In this document: positions 9,385 to 17,995 of the stretch, one piece after another
Layout: the number at the start of each line of letters is the position of its first letter
Position numbering within the stretch: position 1 is the first letter of the stretch
Virus record (IMG/VR): IMGVR_UViG_3300003971_000004
Coordinates: 1-58,398 of that record
Strand: one strand, 5' to 3'
Length of the DNA: 58,398 nucleotides
From: a virus
Lineage: Duplodnaviria > Caudoviricetes
Made by a program: the position numbers and the translations under genes
Notes under the pieces: model-generated
Told to the model about the DNA's origin: nothing
Databases searched by the model: none
The model's input: the letters and a program-made list of their open reading frames with translations, nothing else

Positions 9385-10038
9385 CTATTCCTTCAACGAG
9401 ATCAATTGGACACCGGCGCTCGACCACAGCGCCCGCATCATCTGCTCGGCTTCGAGCTGGTCGTTCAGAAACCTGACCCGGAAGGCGAAGCGCCCCGTCC
9501 ACCGGAGGACCGCACCGGATGGCGGGGCCGTCTCGAACTCGACATGGGCGTCGTCGCCGATCGTCACTGCGGCCTCGACCCCATCGACCGTCACCACCGA
9601 AGCGCCGATCACGTGGCGGACTGGCTCGGTGAAGCGGATGCCACCGAACGCCAACGTCCTGGTCAGCTGGAACGTATCGGTAGAGCCGTCGCCCAGGCCG
9701 AAGACCTGGTTGTCGACGGAGCAATCGGTCGGATCGAGATAGCCAAATTCCCCGGCCGGGCCGGCGTGCGAGTTGAAGAACGCCCACAATTTTCCGAGAT
9801 CGTCGGCGCCGGGCTGGCGGCGCAGCACCTCATACCCGAGCTGGAACGTCCAGCGGGGGTAGGACCAGCGCTGCTGCCTCCGCTCCCGGCCGGAACTCGC
9901 GGTCGCGATCGAAGTCCGCCACTGCGGTGCCTTCGAGGTCAGAAAGGTCTGCCCAATCAGCAGGGGGAAGATCGTCGGGTCATCGACGGTATCCGCGCTC
10001 GAGATGAGCCACCGCGTCGGGATGAAGGGACTGATCAT
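9385..10038 (-). CDS. DUF2460 distal tail protein
   Basis: SGRERRQQRWSYPRW, FGLGDGSTDTFQL, VRFLND motifs. Confidence 0.85.
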   Translation of the reverse strand: MISPFIPTRWLISSADTVDDPTIFPLLIGQTFLTSKAPQWRTSIATASSGRERRQQRWSYPRWTFQLGYEVLRRQPGADDLGKLWAFFNSHAGPAGEFGYLDPTDCSVDNQVFGLGDGSTDTFQLTRTLAFGGIRFTEPVRHVIGASVVTVDGVEAAVTIGDDAHVEFETAPPSGAVLRWTGRFAFRVRFLNDQLEAEQMMRALWSSAGVQLISLKE

Positions 10039-10080
10039 CGACGCATTGTTTCCCTGCTCGAGTTGTGTTCACGTCGGCTC

Positions 10081-10377
10081 ATGCGACTCGGCCCTGAATT
10101 TCGTGGCAAGTTGCCGCCCGGCGACGAAGACTATGTCCAGCGCGAACTGGCACGCTTTCGTGCGTCCGAGGTGATCGCCTTTGCGGAAATCTCCTGCCCG
10201 AGCGATTGTGCGGTCGGCTCCAAATACGCGGGCGTGATCTTTCCGCTCGATACTGTTCCGGCCGTCCCATTGCCGGGCTGCGATCGTTTGCCATGCTGTG
10301 GTTGTTGCTACGTCCCAGTCCTTGATGACGAAGGCGGAGACGATGCGCTCAGATACGAAGACCGGCGGCCCGTTTAG
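10081..10377 (+). CDS. Cys-rich hypothetical protein (moron, opposite strand); start uncertain
   Basis: CPSDC...PLPGCDRLPCCGCCYVP in the gap between tail genes. Confidence 0.55.
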   Translation: MRLGPEFRGKLPPGDEDYVQRELARFRASEVIAFAEISCPSDCAVGSKYAGVIFPLDTVPAVPLPGCDRLPCCGCCYVPVLDDEGGDDALRYEDRRPV

Positions 10378-10453
10378 CGACCGCCGCTCTTCGTGGCTGA
10401 CTCGACTCGCCCGATGCTTTTGAATTAGGTCTCCACCAACGGGGGATGGGTCG

Positions 10454-10891
10454 ATGCTGCTCGCTTTTTTGCTCTTTGCGCAGAACTTGGACGCTCCGGT
10501 GACGCAGCAGCCAACGGTGCGATCCGAAATCAAGAACGGGTTCGAAGCCGGGGAAATCTGCGCGCAGTATGGAACACGCGCTGCGAGCATGGACCCTTGC
10601 TTTCGTCGTTTGGCGACGGAGTATAGGATGCGGAATCCCTCCTACCACGCCTTCCTGGTGGGGTTGGGGGTGCGGGAGTGGACAGAAGCATCGGTTTACA
10701 TAAAGGCTGCTGACCAGCTGCCCGGAAACATCATCGCCCGCGATGAAGCTGCCCACGCGCGGATCGCTGGGATGGCGGGCGAGCGGCTGGTTCGAGAGGG
10801 GATCGGCGTCCTCCAGATATCCCTGGAAGACGCCTTCACCGCCGCAGGCGTTGTGCCGGCAAATCGACCGCCATCCCTTTACACGAACTAG
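10454..10891 (+). CDS. Putative exported protein (moron)
   Basis: GGGGGA RBS, short hydrophobic leader MLLAFLLFAQ, two Cys. Confidence 0.6.
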   Translation: MLLAFLLFAQNLDAPVTQQPTVRSEIKNGFEAGEICAQYGTRAASMDPCFRRLATEYRMRNPSYHAFLVGLGVREWTEASVYIKAADQLPGNIIARDEAAHARIAGMAGERLVREGIGVLQISLEDAFTAAGVVPANRPPSLYTN

Positions 10892-13800
10892 CCCGTGGTT
10901 TGCGGTCGATAGCCCTGGCGGGCACCGGCGTCTGCCGCGGCGGCAACGTCGGTCGCGTGTGACTTCAGCATCTGCTTCACCGACCTTCCATCCCACGCCT
11001 TGATATCGCCGTGGAAGTGGTAGTGGGTTCCGCCGTCCCCGCCGCGATCATTGTCCGCGAACGGGGCGTTGTTGTTGGCAGGCGTAAACCCGGCCGACAG
11101 CGGCGATGAGAGCGTCGGCGAAAGGTTGAGCCGCGGCATCGCTGCGAACAACTCCATGACCTTACGCCAGCCGCCCGCCTCTGCGGCCGGAATGATCGTC
11201 TCGCCGGCGTGGACCACCGCGAGCTGATCGCGCGACAGGTTCTTGGCACCGACCGCGAAGCCAGGCACAGCGAGCAAGCTCTGGTACCCCATAGCGATAC
11301 CGGCCATCGCTGCACCGAATGCGGGAGCGCCGAGGTTGAGCGGGAAGGGGGCAGCGGCCATCGATGCCGTGCCGCCAGCGCCCGCCTTCGCCGCTTCCGT
11401 GGCGATCGTCGCAGCACCGGAGACTTTTTCCGCCGTGCCACCGATGATCAGCGCAGCCAGCTTCTGCGCCAGCCATGTCGCGATAATCTGGGCCAGAGCC
11501 TGAGCGACGATGCCGACCATCCCCAAGTAGAGATTTTTGATCGTCTCGCCAAACGACTGCTGCAGGGTGAGCAGCTTGGCAATGTTCTGACCCCATAGCT
11601 GAGCCGTCGAGTTAATCGCGTCCCGTGTGATTTTGGTGCGTTCGAGAGAGGCCGCACGGTTGATCTGATTAAGCCGCTGCTGATGCTGCTGCTCAAGCCG
11701 CTCGATCTGCCCCTTGATCTGGCGGGCTCGCTCCACATCGCCATCTTCATTCGCACCAGCAAGATTGTTGCGGAGCGTCTGCATCTGGATCGCGTGGCGC
11801 TGTTGCTGATACTGACGCTCCTGCTTCAAAAGCTGCATCTGGGTCATCAGTCCCATCTGCACCCGCCAGCTGGCTTCCTCTCGAGCATCGTCGATCTCGG
11901 CCAGATGCATCTCTTCCTTGGCCTGGATCAGTTCAGCTTCGATGCGCTTCCGCTCCTCGGCGGCCTCCCGCGCGATACGGACGACATCTTCCTGTGCCCG
12001 CTGGTACTCACGGCTCTCCTCGCCGTACTTCGACTTCACATACGCGGCTGTCGCTGCGGCGATGCGCTCGCGCTCGGCCCCATTGCCGCGTGCCTCGTCA
12101 AGCTGACGATTGAAGCCTGCGATGACCTGCTCGTACTCCTCGCGGCGGACATCCCGGCGCAAACCATAGTATCGCCGCTCGATGTCGAGCCGCTCCTGCT
12201 GTGAAAGATCGGTGCGTTCGAGCACTGCACCCCAATATGCAGCCTCATCTGCCTTCGACATTTCGCGGAAGGTGCCCTCGGCGTCAGCCAACGCCGCGAT
12301 CGCCATCTTCGCGCGATCAAGCTCCTGCTCCCACTTCGACATCCGGGTATCACCGGTACCATCGCTGCCTTTGCTGGACCCGGAGCGGATGTCGCCGGTT
12401 CCACCGAAGGTGACCGCAGGGGTTGCGGCGCCGTCGATCGCGGTCTGAATCTTCTTCAGACTCGCTTCCAAAGCGGCAACCGCGTCCTGTGCGGCTTTCT
12501 CATTGGCTCGTGCCTGCGCGACCTTGGTATCACCCGTGCCCTGGATGAACGTTGCCGTGCCGGGAACTCCGCCACCGATCGACGCCCGATTCTGGGCACT
12601 TTGGAAGGACCGCGCACGGGCGAGTTCGGCCTGGGCCAACACGACGCTCGCCTGAGCAGAGGCCAGCTTTTGCTTGATATTTTCCTGTTCGGCTCGTGCC
12701 AGGGCGAGGGCTTCCTCGCGCGCCTTCCCGTGCGCGATGGCAAGCTTTTCCGCTATGGATGCGGCCTTCTCGGTAGCCAGGCGGGCTTGCTCCTGCGTCT
12801 TGGCATAGACACCGGTTGCGCGATCGACTTTGCCCGTCGCCTCGCTCAGAGCGTAGATGCCAACCGCGAGCGCCGCTATCGCCAGCCCAACGGGTCCGCC
12901 GAACGCGGCGAGCATGGCCCGCCCGGTGGTTACGGCCACCAGACCCAAGGCCTGCATCGTCGTCGCGGCACCAATCGCGCGGGCCTGAACAGCAAAGATG
13001 GCGGTCTGAACCAAGCCCATACTTGCGACGGCACCAATGACCGATCGCGCTAGGCTCAGCCCCATCGCGATTGCCAAGATCTCGACAGCTGCGACGACGA
13101 TATGGAAGTTGTTCGCGAGCGCCTGAAGCACCGGGGCCAAAGAGGAGACGATGCCGACGACGCCTTGCCCGGCCGCCGTGATAGCATCGAAGACCTGCCT
13201 CACCGCGCCGCCGGCATTGTATGATGCCGTCATTCGCTCGATCAGGGAATTCGTGCCCTCGACAATGGCCGCCAGTGCCGGAGCGAAGGCGCTGGTGAGG
13301 GTCTGTTCGAGTCCACGCATCGCGAGGACGTTCGTGTCCCAAGCATCGGCAAGCATGTTTCCCTTGGCAACAGCGTCGTCATTGACGACCCCGTACCGGG
13401 CAAGCTGCTCGTTGAACTTCTCCTGCTCCTCCTTCGACATCGAGAGGACCGGGATCAATTCTGCCCCGCTGCGGCCAAGCAGCTGCATCGCCAGCGCGAC
13501 CTTGGCCGGCCCGTCCGCCATCTCGCTGAACCGGGCCATCACAGCCTGAAGCAATTGCATCTGGGTGTAGTTGCCCTGGACGTCGAGGCCGATCTCTTTG
13601 AAGGCGGCGGCCTGCGATTTCCCACCTTCCTTCGCCGAGGCGAAGGTCCGGTCGAGCTTCGCCATCGCGCCGGCCAGCTTGTCGACATCGGAAGCCGTGA
13701 TATCCGCCAAGGCCCCAATGGTCTGGATCTCGGCGGTCGTCATGCCGAGCCGCTGGCTCAGCAGCGTAGTTTTCTCCGCAGCGTCGCCCATCCGCTGCGA

Positions 13801-14163
13801 AAATGCGTTGAACTGCTGGACGGACAAGACGGCGGCAATACCGGCAATCGCCCCCGAGATACGCGCCTGCCAATTGTCGGTTGCCGCCGCCGCCTGCCCG
13901 ATTCGAGCGTTCATCTCGGCGAGCGCACGGCTTTCCCGATCGGTATGCGCGACGAGCTGACGCATCTCATTCGAGAGCTTTTCGGCGCTCGCCGCCCCCT
14001 GCGCCATCGACTGGCGCATGAGCGCAGCCAGTTCAGCGAATCCCGCATTGAGCTTGGCCAGAACCGGGGCGAGTTCCCCGACTTCGTTCTTCGCCTTCTC
14101 CGTCCCCGCACGCACACCAGTGGCGTCGGCGATGATCGAGATCTTCGCCACGTTGTCGTTCAT
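10888..14163 (-). CDS. Tape measure protein
   Basis: 1091 aa Ala-rich helical protein after the chaperones; C-terminal LAVVHAGETIIPA motif. Confidence 0.9.
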   Translation of the reverse strand: MNDNVAKISIIADATGVRAGTEKAKNEVGELAPVLAKLNAGFAELAALMRQSMAQGAASAEKLSNEMRQLVAHTDRESRALAEMNARIGQAAAATDNWQARISGAIAGIAAVLSVQQFNAFSQRMGDAAEKTTLLSQRLGMTTAEIQTIGALADITASDVDKLAGAMAKLDRTFASAKEGGKSQAAAFKEIGLDVQGNYTQMQLLQAVMARFSEMADGPAKVALAMQLLGRSGAELIPVLSMSKEEQEKFNEQLARYGVVNDDAVAKGNMLADAWDTNVLAMRGLEQTLTSAFAPALAAIVEGTNSLIERMTASYNAGGAVRQVFDAITAAGQGVVGIVSSLAPVLQALANNFHIVVAAVEILAIAMGLSLARSVIGAVASMGLVQTAIFAVQARAIGAATTMQALGLVAVTTGRAMLAAFGGPVGLAIAALAVGIYALSEATGKVDRATGVYAKTQEQARLATEKAASIAEKLAIAHGKAREEALALARAEQENIKQKLASAQASVVLAQAELARARSFQSAQNRASIGGGVPGTATFIQGTGDTKVAQARANEKAAQDAVAALEASLKKIQTAIDGAATPAVTFGGTGDIRSGSSKGSDGTGDTRMSKWEQELDRAKMAIAALADAEGTFREMSKADEAAYWGAVLERTDLSQQERLDIERRYYGLRRDVRREEYEQVIAGFNRQLDEARGNGAERERIAAATAAYVKSKYGEESREYQRAQEDVVRIAREAAEERKRIEAELIQAKEEMHLAEIDDAREEASWRVQMGLMTQMQLLKQERQYQQQRHAIQMQTLRNNLAGANEDGDVERARQIKGQIERLEQQHQQRLNQINRAASLERTKITRDAINSTAQLWGQNIAKLLTLQQSFGETIKNLYLGMVGIVAQALAQIIATWLAQKLAALIIGGTAEKVSGAATIATEAAKAGAGGTASMAAAPFPLNLGAPAFGAAMAGIAMGYQSLLAVPGFAVGAKNLSRDQLAVVHAGETIIPAAEAGGWRKVMELFAAMPRLNLSPTLSSPLSAGFTPANNNAPFADNDRGGDGGTHYHFHGDIKAWDGRSVKQMLKSHATDVAAAADAGARQGYRPQTTG

Positions 14164-14183
14164 GGTGCGCCTCCGGCGACGGT

Positions 14184-14570
14184 TCAGGATTGATGCAGTC
14201 TGGCAAGGACCGCTTGAGACGCGGCGAGGGTGTCGCCGCCAGGCACCACCGAGATGCCCTCGGACAGCTCCGCGATGGTGCGGGAACCTTTGGGCGGCTC
14301 CAGGTAGGTGAGTTCCTCCGGCTCAGGCTCGCCGGTCAGCTTGAGACCCCACGCCGCAGCGAAATGCGCCACAGCGATATGGGTCGGAGGTCCAGCCTCG
14401 CGCCAATGGCGACGAAGCTCGGACACGTCGTCGAGGCTCCATTCTTCCTCGATTGATCGCTTGGAGCCGCCTTCGATCCCGGCCGCCACAAGCTCGAAAA
14501 CTAACCCTCGGAGGGTAGCTCGGAGGCTCCCGGCGCGTCCTCCACTTGCACCGGGGCCATCAGTTCCCCC
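14184..14570 (-). CDS. Tail assembly chaperone C-terminal (GT) part, probably reached by -1 frameshift
   Basis: The -1 frame is open from G GGG GAA (14570-14564) to the stop at 14184. Confidence 0.65.
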   Translation of the reverse strand, partial: GGTDGPGASGGRAGSLRATLRGLVFELVAAGIEGGSKRSIEEEWSLDDVSELRRHWREAGPPTHIAVAHFAAAWGLKLTGEPEPEELTYLEPPKGSRTIAELSEGISVVPGGDTLAASQAVLARLHQS

Positions 14571-14965
14571 GGCCGCATCCCGCTCTGGCCGAGCACAGCG
14601 TTCATCGCTTCGATGATGCTCGTCATGGCCTCGGGGGTGTTGTCGATGTCATCAAGCAACTGCTCCACGGTCACCGACGGATCGAGCTTGGCGATGCCGA
14701 TGTGCAGGACCGACACAGCGTCCTTGATCGTCGCCATCATCTCCACGAGCGAGGTGCCGGCCGCGATCTGGAGCGCCTTCACGCGCAGATCGTCAGCCGT
14801 GTCTCCACTCTCGACATGGGCCCCGAGGCGTTCGACGATCTTCTCGTTTCGCGTTTTGACGGCATCTACGAACTCAGCGGCTTTGATCATCGAACCGAGC
14901 TTGTAGGGCGCGATCTCCCAATCGCGCCCCAGCAGCTTGACGACGGCGTTCTTCCTCTCCGCCAT
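14501..14965 (-). CDS. Tail assembly chaperone (G)
   Basis: Position between tail tube and tape measure; GGAG RBS. Confidence 0.8.
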   Translation of the reverse strand: MAERKNAVVKLLGRDWEIAPYKLGSMIKAAEFVDAVKTRNEKIVERLGAHVESGDTADDLRVKALQIAAGTSLVEMMATIKDAVSVLHIGIAKLDPSVTVEQLLDDIDNTPEAMTSIIEAMNAVLGQSGMRPGELMAPVQVEDAPGASELPSEG

Positions 14966-14969
14966 CGCC

Positions 14970-15728
14970 TTACTCCGCCGTCGACCACTGGCCGACCCGG
15001 CCGAGCGGGTCCGCGAATGCCGAGAAGTCCATCTCGGGGATCATGAAGTCGTCCAGCTTGGTGCCGAGCTGAAGCTTGGACGAGACGCAGTTGAAGAAGG
15101 AAAGCGACAGCCCCTTGCCGCCGAACCCGTTGGCGAGGTCGAGTCGGATCGACGGGACAGCGCCCATCGGGAGGTTCATGATCGTCGACTTCTGGGCGAC
15201 GGTCGAGGTCGCCGAATAGTTGAACGAGATGAAAACCGTCTTGCCGGCGTCGGCGGTGGCGAAGGTATAGACGCCAGCGGAGACGCTGTACTGGCCCGTC
15301 GTGGGCGAGCTGGCCACGCGCGTGAACAGGTTGCCGTTGGCGTCCATGACACCGAGATCCTGCTGCCAGGTGCCCGATGACGGAACAGTCGGGGTGACCG
15401 TGAACGGCGTGATCGCGGGGATCGCGGTTCCGACCACATCGAAGTGGTTCAAGATCGCGCCGGCGGAGACGGTCTGGCCGAAGAACAGGCTGTTCAGCGT
15501 CGCGCCGTTGATCTTCCCCATCTTGGCCTTGATGTCGATCTTGCCCTTGCCGCGGGCGATCGCGACCGGGAACTGCTGCTGGCCGTACAGCTGTTTCGTG
15601 TCGAAGCTGATATCGACGCTGATGTCCTGAAGGACACCGCACATGACCGGGGTTGGGTTGGCGACGGCCGCGCCGTTGGCATCGGTGAGGGGAGTGCCCC
15701 AGACGACGCCGGAACCGAAAGCGTGCAT
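14970..15728 (-). CDS. Major tail tube protein
   Basis: AGGAG RBS before MHAFGSG; beta-rich; LQDISVDISFDTKQLYG; position. Confidence 0.8.
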   Translation of the reverse strand: MHAFGSGVVWGTPLTDANGAAVANPTPVMCGVLQDISVDISFDTKQLYGQQQFPVAIARGKGKIDIKAKMGKINGATLNSLFFGQTVSAGAILNHFDVVGTAIPAITPFTVTPTVPSSGTWQQDLGVMDANGNLFTRVASSPTTGQYSVSAGVYTFATADAGKTVFISFNYSATSTVAQKSTIMNLPMGAVPSIRLDLANGFGGKGLSLSFFNCVSSKLQLGTKLDDFMIPEMDFSAFADPLGRVGQWSTAE

Positions 15729-15766
15729 TGTTTCGTACTCCTGTGATCCGGCTTTGCCGGGGTTGG

Positions 15767-16204
15767 TTAGGCGGTGAGCATTCGGACGGGGATGATGGCG
15801 ACCTCGTCTTCGCCGAGCGTCCCCTCCGAGGTTTCGATGGTGCCTTCGATGCGGGCCCACTGGACGAGGCCGCCCAGCGTCTGCGCGAAGCCGCGGCCAT
15901 TGGCCTCCAGCTTCGCGCTGATCGCGTCGAGGATCGGGTTGATGACTGCGCCCGGGGTCAGGTGATCGCCCCGCGTGACGTAGATGTAGATCGTGGCTTC
16001 GAGCAGCCAGATCGTCGGAAGCCCGTTCGCGGCGGTTCTGGCGACGGTCTCGCGGCCTTGCGTCAGAAACAGCGCAGGGCGCTCTTCTCTAGGCACATCG
16101 GCCCAGTGGCGCAGGATTCGCGCGGTCTCCACCGGGTTCTTGTAGAGCGCGCCGTCCCATACGAGATCGAACAGCGCGGCGTAGATCGGCTCGCGTTCAA
16201 TCAT
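15767..16204 (-). CDS. Tail terminator / completion protein
   Basis: 145 aa directly upstream of the tail tube; coupled start. Confidence 0.65.
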   Translation of the reverse strand: MIEREPIYAALFDLVWDGALYKNPVETARILRHWADVPREERPALFLTQGRETVARTAANGLPTIWLLEATIYIYVTRGDHLTPGAVINPILDAISAKLEANGRGFAQTLGGLVQWARIEGTIETSEGTLGEDEVAIIPVRMLTA

Positions 16205-16683
16205 GCGATGGCCCTTTTCAGCGCCGCGTCGATTTCCTCGCGCGGGACGCCGGCGGCTTCCATCTCGCGCAAGGCAGAGCGCAGGAACGATCGCTCTGGC
16301 AATTTCATCTCGCGGCTGTGCGCGCTGACCTGGACGGCGCGTGCGCTGATCGGTCGACCGAAGGCCTGCTTGATCTCCCGCAGATGCGCCTTGACGGCGA
16401 CGGTCCCTTTGAAGCCGTATTCGTGGGGCGGGGCGTAGACCACCGGGGTAGAGACGATGCCGGCGACGATGTTCGTGTTGACCTCGACGACGTGGCCGAT
16501 CGAACGGCGGAGACGGCCGCTGCGGACGTTCAGCACCTGCCCGCTCAGCTTGTCCTTCTGGACGTTGCGCCCGAGGCGGACAGCGAGCCGGGTGATCCCG
16601 ACGTAGAGCTCGTCTCGCACCCGGCCCGGCATTGCGTCGAGGCGAGCAACTACGCTGGCACCGTCGAACTCGGTTTTGATCAC
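16201..16683 (-). CDS. Neck / tail completion protein (HK97 gp10-like)
   Basis: RSGRLRRSI, YAPPHEYG, PERSFLRSAL motifs; GTGA coupling. Confidence 0.75.
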   Translation of the reverse strand: MIKTEFDGASVVARLDAMPGRVRDELYVGITRLAVRLGRNVQKDKLSGQVLNVRSGRLRRSIGHVVEVNTNIVAGIVSTPVVYAPPHEYGFKGTVAVKAHLREIKQAFGRPISARAVQVSAHSREMKLPERSFLRSALREMEAAGVPREEIDAALKRAIA

Positions 16684-17234
16684 AGGGGCGCGATCCGCTT
16701 GAACGGCTGCAATGCCGTCTTCACCGACGAGGGCATGTCGCGGTGGTTGAAGCTGATCGACTCGTTGGCGAGCGACTTCGAGGCGATGTCGAGCTTGTCC
16801 CTCATTTTGAATTTGAGCGTCACCAGCTCGGCGCAAGCCAAGGAGATCGCCTCAGGCACCTCGGCATAGCCGGCCGTAAAGGCGACGCGGACGTTCGACA
16901 CACCCTCGGTGAAGAGGTGGCCGCGCAGAACGATCTGTGTCTCGTCGAACGAGTAGCCCGGGGCGGACCAGTTCGGCGCGGCGGGGATGGCGCGGCCATC
17001 GACCTCAACCAGCGAGACGGTCAGGATCGGGTACTCGGGCAGCTGCATCGCGACGGTGCCGCGACCGCTGCGCCGGATATCGAACGCGGCTGCGGTGAGC
17101 GTGCGGCTGACCTGGCCGCGAATGAATGAGGATGCCCCCGTGATGAGGAGGTTCAGGACCGCGTCCTTTGCCCCCCCGGTCTCGCCCATGAAGGTCTTCA
17201 CCTGGTCAAGCGTGGCGAGATCGGGGAGTGGCAT
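16680..17234 (-). CDS. Head-tail connector (gp6-like)
   Basis: LATLDQVKTFM...FTAGYAEVPEAI...LQPFKR. Confidence 0.8.
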   Translation of the reverse strand: MPLPDLATLDQVKTFMGETGGAKDAVLNLLITGASSFIRGQVSRTLTAAAFDIRRSGRGTVAMQLPEYPILTVSLVEVDGRAIPAAPNWSAPGYSFDETQIVLRGHLFTEGVSNVRVAFTAGYAEVPEAISLACAELVTLKFKMRDKLDIASKSLANESISFNHRDMPSSVKTALQPFKRIAPL

Positions 17235-17237
17235 CGG

Positions 17238-17420
17238 TCAATCCTTCGACTGGGCCCGCTTCGCTCGCGCGGCCTTAGGCGGCTTGAAGCCGTTGGCGAT
17301 CAGTCCGGCGCGATCGCCGTCGCTGAGCGGGGCGGGGAGGGTGACGTGTCCGTTCTCGACCGAGAATGTCCCGGTCGAGATGGTGACGGACGTGGTGTGC
17401 TGAGGAGCCATCCAGCGCAC
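17238..17420 (-). CDS. Small hypothetical head-region protein
   Basis: Fills the gap in the operon; GTG start after the upstream stop. Confidence 0.5.
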   Translation of the reverse strand: MRWMAPQHTTSVTISTGTFSVENGHVTLPAPLSDGDRAGLIANGFKPPKAARAKRAQSKD

Positions 17421-17424
17421 CGGA

Positions 17425-17919
17425 TCAGCCCCCGGGCTGGCCGACGACCTTGAAGCCGTGGCTCTGGAGCAGAGCGATGTCATCGACCGGGACGAGGTAA
17501 TGGCCCGTCGTTTCGTCGACATCATAGCTGTCGGTGGTCCCGCCGTCGGGATGCTCCATCAGCAGGTGCGTGATGAAGGCGGGGTCGGTCTCGCCCTGAG
17601 CGTCGAGCTCTTCGGCGATCGCCAGCGCTTCGGCCCGGATCGGATCCTCGGCTTCCGCCGCGGGCGCGGGGGCCTCGACGATCGGATCAGCACCAGCTTC
17701 TGCAACCGGTTCGGCGGCCGCAGCATCGGTTGCCGCGACGTCGGCGGCGACTTCACCGATCGGCTCAACCACCGGCTCGCCGACCGGATCGGTCGGGGTC
17801 GGCTCTTCTTCGGCCGCGGTGGCTTCGGTCGAAGCTTCGGAGGCTGGTGCAGCCTCGGCTTCCGCCGCGGGCGCGGGGGCCGAGGCGGGATTCTGGGTCT
17901 TTCGGGTCACGAATTTCAC
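17425..17919 (-). CDS. Acidic Ala/Glu/Pro-rich protein after the capsid gene
   Basis: GGA RBS; low-complexity N-terminus and short globular C-terminus. Confidence 0.6.
   Translation of the reverse strand: MKFVTRKTQNPASAPAPAAEAEAAPASEASTEATAAEEEPTPTDPVGEPVVEPIGEVAADVAATDAAAAEPVAEAGADPIVEAPAPAAEAEDPIRAEALAIAEELDAQGETDPAFITHLLMEHPDGGTTDSYDVDETTGHYLVPVDDIALLQSHGFKVVGQPGG
17646..17881. repeat. 29-bp exact direct repeat (17646-17674 and 17853-17881) encoding APAPAAEAE
   Basis: CCTCGGCTTCCGCCGCGGGCGCGGGGGCC occurs twice. Confidence 0.85.
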
Positions 17920-17933
17920 TCCGCTGTTGAACG

Positions 17934-17963
17934 GAAAGACCCCGCCGGCGTGAACCGGCGGGG
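17934..17963 (-). terminator. Intrinsic terminator-like hairpin after the major capsid gene
   Basis: CCCCGCCGG-TTCACG-CCGGCGGGG followed by TCTTT on the minus strand. Confidence 0.6.
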
Positions 17964-17995
17964 CAGGGGCACCCCCAGGAGAGGAGACAGGGGCG

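Noticed and set aside
10429-10446. TCTCCACCAACGGGGGA as a sixth motif copy
   Set aside because: It forms a similar RBS hairpin but the loop lacks CT; too degenerate to count without a model
17646-17881. 29-bp direct repeat as an att or recombination site
   Set aside because: Both copies are in frame within one low-complexity protein (APAPAAEAE)
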